A DNA stretch of 64,000 nt from Bdellovibrionota bacterium (GTDB lineage Bacteria; Bdellovibrionota_C; UBA2361; OMII01): NCBI GenBank assembly GCA_044345405.1, contig JBIJBE010000014.1:17170-81169 (forward strand), in the 5' to 3' direction. Positions 50,312-59,945 of this stretch are shown here, in pieces. A model generated the notes under the pieces. That model did not search any database and was not told the DNA's origin. It worked only from the letters and a program-made list of their open reading frames with translations. The position numbers were made by a program, and so were the translations under genes. Every line of letters begins with the position of its first letter. Within the stretch, counting starts at the first letter, position 1.

Positions 50312-51394
50312 ATGGATAAGAAGGCTTGTGAATTCGGATGTCGGGGCTCGAAGGATAAGATCGGAGTTCTGATCGCGCAGCTTGGCACTCCTGAAGCCCC
50401 AACCGCGAAGGCGGTTCGTCCCTATCTTCGGCAGTTCCTCTCGGACCGTCGTGTTATCGAGGTGAATCGAGTGTTGTGGTGGATTCTGCTGAACTGCCTC
50501 ATCTTAGTTACTCGGCCGAAGAGATCCGCGCGATTGTACTCGCGGATTTGGGGAAAGGATGAATCTCCGCTCCTCACCATTACCAGAAAGCAGACTCTCG
50601 GCGTGGCCGAACGGCTGCGGTCAAAGTTTCCGAACGTCGAGGTTGAGTTCGGAATGCGGTACGGTAAGCCGAGCTTGGAGAGTGGAGTCGATAGATTGAT
50701 AGAGAAGGGGTGTTCCAAGATCCTCCTCTTTCCGATGTACCCGCAGTATTCCGCGGCGACAACAGCGTCCACCTACGACGCCGTTTTACCTCATATCCTT
50801 AAACGTCGATGGGTTCCAACGGTGCGAGTGGCGGAACCGTACTTCGCTCATCCCAAGTACATTGAGGCGTTGGCGACAACGATCAATGAGCATGTCGCTT
50901 CGATGCCGTACCAGCCTGAGCGTTTAGTGCTCTCGTACCACGGGATTCCGCAGAAGTATGTGTCTAAGGGAGATCCGTATTGTTGTCAGTGCGTGGAGAC
51001 AACGGGCGCGTTGCTCCCTCGTCTCTCGCTTCCAACCGAGAAGGTAATTCACACCTTCCAATCGCGATTCGGACGCGATCCGTGGTTGACCCCCTACACC
51101 GACGAGACTCTGGAGGAGCTCGGGCACTCAGGAGTTAAAAAGATCGCTATCTGCGCCCCTGGATTCACGGCTGATTGTTTGGAGACCCTCGATGAGTTGG
51201 GGAACGAAGGGCACGAACAGTTCACTGAGGCGGGAGGAGAGGAGATATCCGTCGTTCCATGTCTGAACGATCATCCGGCGTGGCTTGATGGAATGACGGA
51301 GATAATTCGAGAGGAGCTTGGCAGCTGGATCGATGGGCAGGCTCGAAACGCGCACGATTGCGTGATTACGTGCCCTCTCAAGAGCGTCGCCTAG
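50312..51394 (+). CDS. hemH: Ferrochelatase
   Basis: LGTPEAP, YLRQFLSDRRV, MRYGKP, PMYPQYS..TT, SYHGIP, FQSRFG..WL.P, GFTADCLETLDE. Confidence 0.97.
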   Translation: MDKKACEFGCRGSKDKIGVLIAQLGTPEAPTAKAVRPYLRQFLSDRRVIEVNRVLWWILLNCLILVTRPKRSARLYSRIWGKDESPLLTITRKQTLGVAERLRSKFPNVEVEFGMRYGKPSLESGVDRLIEKGCSKILLFPMYPQYSAATTASTYDAVLPHILKRRWVPTVRVAEPYFAHPKYIEALATTINEHVASMPYQPERLVLSYHGIPQKYVSKGDPYCCQCVETTGALLPRLSLPTEKVIHTFQSRFGRDPWLTPYTDETLEELGHSGVKKIAICAPGFTADCLETLDELGNEGHEQFTEAGGEEISVVPCLNDHPAWLDGMTEIIREELGSWIDGQARNAHDCVITCPLKSVA

Positions 51395-51444
51395 GCGGTC
51401 TCGGTGGGTGGTATCCGACCTCGTTATGCGTTAGGGTGGGGTCC

Positions 51445-52443
51445 ATGAAGAAGCTCGTTCAGCTCCTTGTCGGATGCTCGATTAGCGCCATCATGATGTA
51501 CGTGGCGTTTAAAGACCTCGATACCGCGCAGCTCAAAGATAACCTATCGAAGATTTCGTGGTGGCCGGTCCTGCCCTACACAGGGGTGATGTTCTTGCAT
51601 TTCTATCTTCGCTCGCTTCGATGGCGATATCTGCTGCCCCCTCCACAGGGTGAGTTGCCCGCGCTGCGGAAGCTCTTTGATTCATTGATGTTGGGAAATC
51701 TCAGTAGCTATCTCTTGCCGTTTCGGCTCGGTGAATTCGTGCGCCCCTTGGTTCTCTCTCGCTGGTCTGAGTACAGCTTCGCGTCCTCTTTCATCTCGGT
51801 CGTTATAGAGAGGTTCTTTGATCTCTCCGCCGTCTTAATATCCTTCGCGATAGTTGTGCCGCTTCTTCCTGAGCTTCCAAGTTGGGCAACGTTCGGCGCG
51901 TACTCGCTCGGGACCATCGCGCTCGCGCTACTCGCGTTCTTGGTTCTGGGGTGTCTCTTTCCCGCTCTGATTCGCGCGGTGGTTACGTTCGTGGTCAAGC
52001 CTCTTCCAGATGGTCTCGGGCGGTTCGCGACCCGATTGTCCGGCGACCTTCTCGACGGCGCCGCTGTCATCAAGACCCCAGCCAGACTGGGGGCGATCGT
52101 CGCGCTCACGGGATTGGTATGGGTGACCTCGTTCCTTCAGTTTTACGCGATCCTCTTTATGTTCCCTCACGAGCAGCACTCCCTCTTAATGAGCGTCACG
52201 CTGTGCGTCTTCGTCTCATTAGCGGTTGCTCTCCCCTCCGCTCCGGGTTTTGTTGGGGTGTTTCAGTTGGGGTGCGTCGCGGCGGCTTCTCTCTTCGCGT
52301 ACCCGCTCGCGGCGGCTCAGCTCTACTCGATTATCATTCATCTGCTCTCCTTCCTGTTTGTCATCGGTATCGGCTTCTGGGTTTTGACCATTCACGACCT
52401 CACACTCTTCGAACTTAAGAAAGCGGCTGAGCGGGACTCCTGA
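51445..52443 (+). CDS. Lysylphosphatidylglycerol synthase-like transmembrane (flippase-like) protein
   Basis: RSLRWRYLL, LPFRLGEFVR, IERFFD, PSAPGFVGVF; multiple TM helices. The ORF track start is 51358. Confidence 0.88.
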   Translation: MKKLVQLLVGCSISAIMMYVAFKDLDTAQLKDNLSKISWWPVLPYTGVMFLHFYLRSLRWRYLLPPPQGELPALRKLFDSLMLGNLSSYLLPFRLGEFVRPLVLSRWSEYSFASSFISVVIERFFDLSAVLISFAIVVPLLPELPSWATFGAYSLGTIALALLAFLVLGCLFPALIRAVVTFVVKPLPDGLGRFATRLSGDLLDGAAVIKTPARLGAIVALTGLVWVTSFLQFYAILFMFPHEQHSLLMSVTLCVFVSLAVALPSAPGFVGVFQLGCVAAASLFAYPLAAAQLYSIIIHLLSFLFVIGIGFWVLTIHDLTLFELKKAAERDS

Positions 52444-52632
52444 TTTTGTGAGGGTGTTCACTGATTGCGCACCGGTGGGCCATCGGTTGCCTCCTTTGTC
52501 CGCGATTTACCCTTCCTGTGGCCTCTAAGTCGCTCATGAGAGGGGTGGGCACACCTTTTGCCTCAGTTCTTTCGTAGGTCACGCGAGCAGGAAGAACTCG
52601 TAGGTGACGAACACCTTCGCAAAGGATGTAGT

Positions 52633-53178
52633 ATGCGGATTAACACCACACATCTCCTCTTCGCCTTCGCTTTCGGCATGGGACTCTCGCTTATCCTCTC
52701 CTTTCCAACCCGCTCGAGTGGAACCGTGCGGATCGAGGGAGAGCGTTCTCGCAACCTTTCCGATGTCGGTAGAATTATCAAGAGGGACATCGGAGACTCT
52801 CCGCACCTCGTCGTAGATTCCTCAAAACGCTCCCTGACGATTCATCGCCAGGGTGATGCTCCCCTCGTACTCAAAGCGCAGGGAACGCACGCGATGAAGC
52901 CGGGGACATTCTCCATCTCACGAAAGGAAGCGAACCCGCTGTGGCAGGCGCCACCAACCTACTTCCTGCGACGTGGACTCCCAGTTCCTCCTGAGGGAAG
53001 TCCTGCGCGAGCGATGCGGGGAGCCCTTGGCGCTCAAGCTCTCTTTCTCGATCAGGGCCGCGCTATCCACGCGGGCGCGGTGTGGAATGATGATGTTGGA
53101 GGCATTAAGCTCTCCTCTAAAGATATGGCGATGCTCTTCGATGCGGTTGGGGTAGGCGCTACGGTTGAGGTTCGGTAG
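52633..53178 (+). CDS. L,D-transpeptidase (YkuD)-fold protein lacking the catalytic Cys
   Basis: PGTFSISRKEANPLWQAP, ALGAQALFL, AIHAG...GGIKLSSKDMAMLFDAVGVGATVEV; the expected SHGC is absent. The ORF track start is 52558. Confidence 0.75.
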   Translation: MRINTTHLLFAFAFGMGLSLILSFPTRSSGTVRIEGERSRNLSDVGRIIKRDIGDSPHLVVDSSKRSLTIHRQGDAPLVLKAQGTHAMKPGTFSISRKEANPLWQAPPTYFLRRGLPVPPEGSPARAMRGALGAQALFLDQGRAIHAGAVWNDDVGGIKLSSKDMAMLFDAVGVGATVEVR

Positions 53179-53183
53179 CCGGG

Positions 53184-53717
53184 TTACTCTCGCGAATGTG
53201 TGATGTGAGTTTCGCTCACTTTCGGATGCTCCTCTCCTTCGTCTATATCCCGGCCAGACGCGTCCTTTCGCTTGGTTTTGACGATAGGCTTGGGAGGTTG
53301 TGGAGCTTGCGGCCTTAGCGACGCGAGGAGCGAGCGCTCAAGATGCTTGAGCACGTTCGCCATCAACGTTATCAAACGCTCCAGTAGGCCGCCTTGATAG
53401 GGAAAGTAAGGGTTTTTAAGGATGCCGTGCGCCTGTCCCCGCGTAGCCTGGGGGCGGGGCTCTTTTTCTTGCCCCAACATCGGTTCGAGATCGGGCCCTG
53501 TTGGCACGTTGAGCGAGGAGACCTTTCTTTTTTCAGGTCGAGCGCTGAGACGAACAACGCTGATCGATTGAATTGACGCGGAGGAGAGGTCCGTGTTCGC
53601 GGCGTCGGTTACCTCGTGTCGAAGGGATTCCTGGGTCTTGGAGGCGTGAAGGTCCGTGAGGTCGTGTGCCTCCTGGTGCGTTCCGCTTGTGAGTGAGCTT
53701 CGATTTCGCTCAGACAT
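53184..53717 (-). CDS. Hypothetical protein
   Basis: 177 aa ORF, largely low-complexity with a helical core (GILKNPYFPYQGGLLERLI). Confidence 0.6.
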   Translation of the reverse strand: MSERNRSSLTSGTHQEAHDLTDLHASKTQESLRHEVTDAANTDLSSASIQSISVVRLSARPEKRKVSSLNVPTGPDLEPMLGQEKEPRPQATRGQAHGILKNPYFPYQGGLLERLITLMANVLKHLERSLLASLRPQAPQPPKPIVKTKRKDASGRDIDEGEEHPKVSETHITHSRE

Positions 53718-53727
53718 GATACGCCTC

Positions 53728-53768
53728 GCCTCAATAACCTACCCTTTAAGTATGGAGGTTATTGAGGC
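53728..53768. promoter_or_regulatory. 13-bp perfect inverted repeat just upstream of the hypothetical gene
   Basis: GCCTCAATAACCT-N15-AGGTTATTGAGGC, ending 10 nt before the ATG at 53717. Confidence 0.5.
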
Positions 53769-53940
53769 AAATGTGCCCTAAAATCCAATCCAAGTCCAAG
53801 ACCTGGGTAGTATGAGCTGTAGGACCGGAGTACGAGGTCTTCGTAGTGGGTCGCTAACTCGCTGATTCCAATGATGGCGGGCGTTCTCGGGCGAGGGTGA
53901 TGTGGTTTGACGCCAGCGTTTCAAGGCGATGTCGAGTGTC

Positions 53941-55005
53941 TTATTCGAGTCCGGTGGCCAGGAGGATCCAACGATGCTCAGAGGGGGCTCCGCCTCGTCC
54001 GGGCCCGATTGCGGCCCAGCTTTTAGCCTTAAAAATGAAGTGAATCATGCCATCGCTCGCCTTAGCTCCCGCGGGGGGATTTGGGTCCTTCATGCCGGCG
54101 GGCACCGCTTGCTTTACGACGGCGTCGAATTGAGGGCTGCCCGAACCCTCGATGAGTCGCATCGTCACGAAGCGGCCCTCAGGAGAGAGTATCGCTTCTA
54201 TCGTTGTGAAGTCGTTTATGCGACGCACCTCGCTCATCGAGAGCTTCTCCCATCCCTGTGAGCGTAGTTGCGCGAAGACCTGCACCGCGACTCGACGAAC
54301 GAATCCGGCGTACGTGTTTGCTTTAGCGTTGAGAAGGGTGATGTCTCCATCGGGAAGATTCGGGAGGTGGTCGCTCACGCCACCTGAGCCAACGAAGGTC
54401 GCTCCGCTCCCCGGTGGACGGGAGAAGGCCTCATAGTTGGAGAGGTCAGGGGTGCTCTGCGATGCTTTGGCTGCCGTGGCTTGAGCGTTTTTGGCGACGT
54501 TACCGAACTTCATCGCGAGGGTCGCGTCGTCGAGTTTGAGGTCCTTGAGGTTCAGCTCCTTGTGCGGGTTGGCGCGTGGAGCGGGTTGCTTCGCTGGCGG
54601 TTCCTTGATCGGTTCGGTCTTCGTCTGCGGTTCCTTAGGAGGAGCTTGGCGTGAGGTTTGCGACTTCGACTCCGGCATTGGAGGTTGCGGAGCCGCAGGC
54701 GGGTTCGGAGCTCCCCCCTCGGTGCCCCGGTTGACCTGCTCCTTGATGGCGGTTGCGTCCACGTCCGATAGTCGGTCGGTGTTCTCAGGTGGCTTCTCAG
54801 CTTTGACCTGGGGAGGTGAGACTATCTGTTGTTTGCGAGTGGGCTGTCGCGGGGGCTCAAAGGTCACGTCTATTGCGGTTGTTTCCGGGACTGGGAGCAC
54901 GGGCGCCCGAAGAATAAAGACAACGATGAGGAGATGGAGGGCTATGGAAACCCCTAATCCGACTCGTTGTTCTGTGGTAATCCCCATAGACTTGCCGCTC
55001 TTCAC
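53941..55005 (-). CDS. TonB/TolA-like energy transducer (TonB C-terminal domain)
   Basis: TM with SIALH motif, Pro-rich linker, C-terminal ILSPEG...GSGSPQFD...PNPP. Confidence 0.82.
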   Translation of the reverse strand: MKSGKSMGITTEQRVGLGVSIALHLLIVVFILRAPVLPVPETTAIDVTFEPPRQPTRKQQIVSPPQVKAEKPPENTDRLSDVDATAIKEQVNRGTEGGAPNPPAAPQPPMPESKSQTSRQAPPKEPQTKTEPIKEPPAKQPAPRANPHKELNLKDLKLDDATLAMKFGNVAKNAQATAAKASQSTPDLSNYEAFSRPPGSGATFVGSGGVSDHLPNLPDGDITLLNAKANTYAGFVRRVAVQVFAQLRSQGWEKLSMSEVRRINDFTTIEAILSPEGRFVTMRLIEGSGSPQFDAVVKQAVPAGMKDPNPPAGAKASDGMIHFIFKAKSWAAIGPGRGGAPSEHRWILLATGLE

Positions 55006-55117
55006 CTAATGGCGTAACCTAGCAGAGCCTAAGGGTTAGTAACAGTCGAGCCGAAGGTGAGCCGCGAAAATTAGTCCCGCGGCCTGTTCGCGAACGGAGA
55101 TAAGGAGTCCATAAAAG

Positions 55118-55312
55118 ATGTTAAGCACAGGGCACTTGGGAATCGTAGCACTCTTGATCGTTATCCTCTTCGGAACGAAGCGTTTGCCTGAGCTCGGAAC
55201 AGGACTTGGAAAGGCGATCAACAATTTCAAGTCATCGTTCCGCGAGGGGAATGAGCTTGATGTCACGCCAGCTGACGCTCAGTCAAAGACTCCCCAGGAG
55301 GAGTCGAAGTAG
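55118..55312 (+). CDS. tatA: Twin-arginine translocase TatA/E subunit
   Basis: TM then LFGTKRLPELGTGLGKAINNFK. Confidence 0.93.
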   Translation: MLSTGHLGIVALLIVILFGTKRLPELGTGLGKAINNFKSSFREGNELDVTPADAQSKTPQEESK

Positions 55313-55344
55313 GCCTCAGTAAGATATCGCTGATGCGTGATGAG

Positions 55345-55369
55345 AAGGGACCCTGCGGGGTCCTTTTTT
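55345..55369 (+). terminator. Rho-independent terminator after tatA
   Basis: AAGGGACCC-TGCG-GGGTCC followed by T6. Confidence 0.85.
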
Positions 55370-55383
55370 GTATTCGACGTTGG

Positions 55384-55408
55384 GGGAGGGCGACGATTCC
55401 TCGTCGCC
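55384..55408 (+). repeat. GGAG-footed REP-like palindrome (single copy)
   Basis: GGGAGGGCGACGATTCCTCGTCGCC, followed by GAGATATCGCATATC, a tail shared with other copies. Confidence 0.8.
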
Positions 55409-55478
55409 GAGATATCGCATATCGCGAAGGACGCCCGCTTTCCCATGATTGCGAATCGTGACTAGCAAATCCTAGCGA

Positions 55479-56921
55479 TTACTTCGGCCTCTTAACCGAA
55501 AAGATGCGCGCGGAGAAGTACTTCACCTGTGATGGATCGAATTCAGACGTACCCATCTCTTCGTCCATCTGGCGTCCGTCTAGGAGCGCTATGGTGAAGG
55601 GCACGGCCTCTCGCGCTTTGATGGAGCTGTCCTTCGCCGCAAGCGCATGCTGATACCTTCCGATCCTCTCAAGCGAGAGATCGGAGACGTTCTCGTTCGC
55701 GAGCGCTGAGCGGAGTGGGGCTCGCGAGCTGGCGATAATCTCTCCTCGTCCGTTGAACCCGATAACCTCGAGCTTGACGTCTTTAAAGGATCTACCGCTC
55801 TCGTTTAAGACGGTGCCAGTTACGACCGGAATGAACTCTCTATTTCTCGTCTTCTTGAATGAGATGCGGAGGTTTCTTACTCCCAACGCGGAAGGAGGGG
55901 TCGATTGAACCGATTCCTTCATAGCTGATGGGGTCACATAGTTTATGAGCGCGTCAACCGACTGCGGACTTACTTGGGCGCAGTACGATAATCCGAGGAG
56001 CACGGCAAGCGATCCGAGTACCGGAATTCCCATCGAGATCAGGCTCTGTGTGCGGGCCGAGAAACGGCGAGGCTCTGTTGATGCCGCGCTCTGCGTTTCA
56101 GTTCGGCGTGGCTGTGGAGTTGGGCGATAGCTCTCAGTGTCGCTTACGGGCCGAGCCTTTGGTGTCGCTTCAACCGTGCTCGGTTGCTTTGGAGTGGCTG
56201 AAGGTTGGGGCTTTGCGCGGTTCTGTGTCAGCGCGTGTTCGGGGAGTGTTGGAGGCGGGTCCGCCAGCACGAACTGACGTGAAGAGAGCGAAGGCGTCGG
56301 TGTTGGTGCTGGTGTGACTACGAAGCCGTTTGGTGGTGGGGCCTGGTCGGTGGTGACGAAATCGCGTGGTGCCGGGGTCTCCTCTATCGCAGGTGCGCTA
56401 AAGGTTATCTCCTCCGTGACGTTCTCTATGACGTTTACTTCCTCCACCTGTGTTTCTTCGATGGTGCGAGAGAGAAGGGAGAGCTCTGAACGACTTTTAA
56501 GGGGTGGTTCACTCGGCGCGTCGAAATTCGGCTCGATAAACGCTTTAGGAGCTGAGGTATTCGAACCAAGCGAGAAGTCTGACGGCTTGATGAGAGACTC
56601 AGGGAGTGGTTCGCGGGTTCGTGATTGGTGAGCCCGATGAGAAGTTCCACCGTGGGTAAGCGATTGAACGTTGACGCCGCCGAGGGGAAGCATGTTCGCC
56701 GGCGCGTCCTTCATGATGAAGATGTCATCGCAGCGGGAGCAGTGGAATCGTGGGGTTTCAAGGGCCGCTACAGCCGCGGTCTCGACCGCGAAGCTCGTTT
56801 TGCACGAGGGGCACACGACAACGATGTGGGGCGCTGGAGCCTCAAATCCCACCGTATCAGACGATCGTTGTCGGTAGCTTTTCGTACCAACAGACTCCAT
56901 ACGTAACGCCTTTGGAAGCAT
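55479..56921 (-). CDS. MJ0042-type zinc-ribbon membrane protein (DUF3426-like architecture)
   Basis: VVCPSCKTSF..FHCSRCDDIF, long Pro-rich linker, single TM, C-terminal VVTGTVLN domain. Confidence 0.8.
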   Translation of the reverse strand: MLPKALRMESVGTKSYRQRSSDTVGFEAPAPHIVVVCPSCKTSFAVETAAVAALETPRFHCSRCDDIFIMKDAPANMLPLGGVNVQSLTHGGTSHRAHQSRTREPLPESLIKPSDFSLGSNTSAPKAFIEPNFDAPSEPPLKSRSELSLLSRTIEETQVEEVNVIENVTEEITFSAPAIEETPAPRDFVTTDQAPPPNGFVVTPAPTPTPSLSSRQFVLADPPPTLPEHALTQNRAKPQPSATPKQPSTVEATPKARPVSDTESYRPTPQPRRTETQSAASTEPRRFSARTQSLISMGIPVLGSLAVLLGLSYCAQVSPQSVDALINYVTPSAMKESVQSTPPSALGVRNLRISFKKTRNREFIPVVTGTVLNESGRSFKDVKLEVIGFNGRGEIIASSRAPLRSALANENVSDLSLERIGRYQHALAAKDSSIKAREAVPFTIALLDGRQMDEEMGTSEFDPSQVKYFSARIFSVKRPK

Positions 56922-57210
56922 GCTCAGTTACTACGCTTGCGATAGCCCTGTAGGTATCCCGGCTGTTCCGCGCCTTTTGAGGCGGAGCGGGCTAACTACT
57001 CTGTACTAGGTAAGATGCCTCTGGGGGCCATCTCGCCGATCCCTGTCGTGATTTTTCCCCGGAGAGGGTAAGTTCCCCAAAGATTACGCGGTAGTATAAG
57101 GTCTGTGGGGAAACCGCACTAGGTATAATCTTCATCTGTCTACCGATTTTTTTCGAAATGTCCCCGGAACACTTCCTCGGTTTCCCCAAAGGGGGTAGCT
57201 TCTTCTGTCC

Positions 57211-58119
57211 ATGTCTCGTCGTCGCCACCAACATCCGCACCGTAAAGATTCTCCCTCGCCCCGTCGTGAGTCCTCCCCTCGTCGTGAGTCCTCCCCTCGT
57301 CGTGAGGGCAGCTCTCACGCGCCTCGCCGTGATCCCTCACCGCAGGGGGAGTTCATCATGGGGAGAAACTGCCTCGAGGAGGTGATGAAGAAAGCTCCTG
57401 GTCGTTTGCTGGAGGTGTATCTCGCTGAGTCGCGCGACGAAGGTCACGGTCGTGCTGGTGGTCGGCGAGCTGATATCTCTGAGAAGCTTCAGGAGTTAAG
57501 GGTGCCGGTGCGCGAGGTCTCCCGACGAGACCTCGAGTCGATTGTGAATTCCGATTCTCATCAAGGTGTTGTGGCGCGTGTGTCGCCCCGGTCGTACCTC
57601 TCATTTGACGATCTTCTTGAGAGCGTTCGAGAGGTCGACGCTATTTCCATTCTTGCCCTTGATGGCGTTCTGGACCCGCAAAATTTCGGCGCGATCTTAC
57701 GAGCCGCTGAGTGCTTCGGTATCGACGCGGTGCTCTGGTCGAAAAATCGAGGAGCGCCTATCGGTCCGGTGGTTTCCAAGGTCAGTGTGGGAGCGAGTGA
57801 ACTCGTGCCGCTGTGTGTCGTTTCAAATCTTCACCGCGCGTTGGAGCAGTTGAAAGAGGCTGGAGCTTGGCTTGCCGGCACGATGGTCTCCCCGGACGCC
57901 ACCTCGTTAGATACCTTTGAGTTTCCGGAGAAGAGCGTCATCGTGATGGGGGCTGAGGGGGAGGGGATTCATCAGCTGATTGAGAAGAGCCTCGATTTTA
58001 AGGTGTATCTCTCTATGGCGGGGGCTATCGATTCCCTGAACGTCTCCCAGGCCACAGCGGTGTTCCTTCACGAGCTCGCAAAGCAGCGTAGACAAAAACG
58101 ACCGCTTAAAGTAACTTAA
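57211..58119 (+). CDS. rlmB: 23S rRNA (Gm2251) 2'-O-methyltransferase, TrmH family
   Basis: HQGVVA, LDGVLDPQNFGAILR, MGAEGEG, DSLNVSQA. Confidence 0.93.
   Translation: MSRRRHQHPHRKDSPSPRRESSPRRESSPRREGSSHAPRRDPSPQGEFIMGRNCLEEVMKKAPGRLLEVYLAESRDEGHGRAGGRRADISEKLQELRVPVREVSRRDLESIVNSDSHQGVVARVSPRSYLSFDDLLESVREVDAISILALDGVLDPQNFGAILRAAECFGIDAVLWSKNRGAPIGPVVSKVSVGASELVPLCVVSNLHRALEQLKEAGAWLAGTMVSPDATSLDTFEFPEKSVIVMGAEGEGIHQLIEKSLDFKVYLSMAGAIDSLNVSQATAVFLHELAKQRRQKRPLKVT
57259..57306 (+). repeat. In-frame 18-bp tandem repeat (PRRESS) in the rlmB N-terminus
   Basis: CC(C/T)CGTCGTGAGTCCTCC, about 2.7 copies. Confidence 0.85.
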
Positions 58120-58127
58120 AGTTCGAG

Positions 58128-58940
58128 GTGACGAGCCAGATGTCAGCAACTGAAAGTTACAGTCGATTCTTCGAGGTAAGGTTGGAGCTCTTTGATGGGC
58201 CACTCGACCTTTTGTTACACCTCGTTAAAAAGCGAGAGCTCCCGATCGAAAAGGTCTCCCTCGCGGAGGTTACGGGTCAGTACCTGGAGTGCATCAAGGC
58301 CCTTCGCTACTACGATGTTGAGGTTGCCGCTGAATATCTCGTTATCGCCGCGACGATGCTCTCGGTAAAAGCGAGCGTTCTCCTGAACGACCCTGTCGAG
58401 CTCATCCCGGATGAAAATGGCGAGCTCGTCGATCCACACGAAGTTCTGATCAATCGACTGAAAGAGCTTGAAGCGTTCCGCGCCGCGGCCGCCAACCTCA
58501 ACGATCGACCTGTGCTCGGACACGATGTGTTCAGCCCACCGGTGAAAGCGAAGAAGATCGACCCATCTCTTATCCCGATAGCTCAACATGAGTCCGAACT
58601 TCTCGTTCGCGCGTTTCACGCAGTGCTCTCCCGTCTCGGGGAGAAGGGCGCGGTCATGTCCATCTCGATGGACCCAGTAACCGTTGTTGAGCGGATGCGC
58701 ACTGTTGTTGATACCCTCAAGTCGAAAGGAGGAGGGGGGACTTTCGCCGAGCTTCTCGGCGATTCGTTCGATAGACGCTCGGTTATCGGAGTATTCGTAG
58801 CGGTCCTCGAGCTGTGCCGTCGTGGCATGTTGTCGGTCGCGCAGGAAGGTGTATGCGGAGAGATCCGTCTCTCGCTCTCGGAGATCAAGGAAGGGGCTGA
58901 AGCTCCACTTGAGGACGAGGCGGTCGAGGTCGCGGCGTAA
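58128..58940 (+). CDS. scpA: Segregation and condensation protein A
   Basis: FDGPLDLLLHLV, AAEYLVIAA, FVAVLEL. Confidence 0.95.
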   Translation: MTSQMSATESYSRFFEVRLELFDGPLDLLLHLVKKRELPIEKVSLAEVTGQYLECIKALRYYDVEVAAEYLVIAATMLSVKASVLLNDPVELIPDENGELVDPHEVLINRLKELEAFRAAAANLNDRPVLGHDVFSPPVKAKKIDPSLIPIAQHESELLVRAFHAVLSRLGEKGAVMSISMDPVTVVERMRTVVDTLKSKGGGGTFAELLGDSFDRRSVIGVFVAVLELCRRGMLSVAQEGVCGEIRLSLSEIKEGAEAPLEDEAVEVAA

Positions 58941-58983
58941 CCGGATCAACGGCGGAAGTACTACGTAGGTAAGGTGAAATAAG

Positions 58984-59916
58984 ATGACAGCTGAAGATGT
59001 AGTTGAGTCGAAGCAGGAAGGGGAAACAACTTCCCAAGAGGTAGTTAGCGACAACGTCGTTGAAGAGAGCGTCGCTTGTGAGCATGCCGCTACTGAGCAG
59101 GCCGTTACTGAGCAGGAAGGTACCGCGCAGGAAAACGTCGATACAGAGAGCGCTCAAGCTGAAGAATCCGTACAAGCTGAGGTGGTTGAGGCCCAAGCAT
59201 CTGAGCAGGCCCCCGCACCACAGTCCGTCGACGGCACTCCCGAGGGACAGCAGGGCCCGCAGTTAACTCAGGACCAAAGGGTTGGACTTCTTGAGGCGCT
59301 CCTTCTCGCCAGTGGCGACCCACTTCCCATTACCCGTATTGAGGAGCTTCTTGGGTGTTCAAAAGCTGATGTGTTAGCGCTCGCTGAAACACTTAAGGAA
59401 ACGTACTCGGCTGAGAGCCGTGGGCTTGAGGTGGTGAACGTATCTTCAAAGTTGCAGCTTCGGACGAAGGCGATCTTCGCCGAGTACGTTCGAAACCTAA
59501 TCGCTGTGAAGCCACGTAAGCTCTCGCAGGCAGCGCTTGAGACCCTTGCGGTTATCGCGTACCAGCAGCCGGTGGTGAAGAGTGAGGTTGATAAGATTCG
59601 TGGAGTCGATGTCGCTCCAACCATCAAGACCCTCCTTGAGCGTAAGCTCGTAAAGATCCTTGGCTATCAAGCGACGGTTGGGCAGCCAGCTCTCTACGGG
59701 ACAACAGAGGATTTCCTCAGTATCTTCGGGCTTACATCCCTCGCGGAGCTTCCATCGCTGAGAGATCTCAAGGCTCTCGTAAAGGAGCCGGGTGAGGCCT
59801 TAGAGAGCGGATCCGAGGACAATGAAGAGGGCGCAGAGGAGGAGGTCGCTGAGGAAGGTGACTCCTCAACTTCCGTTGAAACTTCAGAGACTGAAGTAGC
59901 GGCACCAGTGCAATAA
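58984..59916 (+). CDS. scpB: Segregation and condensation protein B
   Basis: LEALLLA, LSQAALETLAVIAYQQPV, IRGVD, LYGTTEDFL..FGL..L.ELP; acidic N- and C-terminal extensions. Confidence 0.95.
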   Translation: MTAEDVVESKQEGETTSQEVVSDNVVEESVACEHAATEQAVTEQEGTAQENVDTESAQAEESVQAEVVEAQASEQAPAPQSVDGTPEGQQGPQLTQDQRVGLLEALLLASGDPLPITRIEELLGCSKADVLALAETLKETYSAESRGLEVVNVSSKLQLRTKAIFAEYVRNLIAVKPRKLSQAALETLAVIAYQQPVVKSEVDKIRGVDVAPTIKTLLERKLVKILGYQATVGQPALYGTTEDFLSIFGLTSLAELPSLRDLKALVKEPGEALESGSEDNEEGAEEEVAEEGDSSTSVETSETEVAAPVQ

Positions 59917-59945
59917 CAGAGCAAAGCTCATTCAAAGATAGCGGT

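Noticed and set aside
58215-59054. 279 aa minus-strand ORF
   Set aside because: Antisense shadow of scpA.
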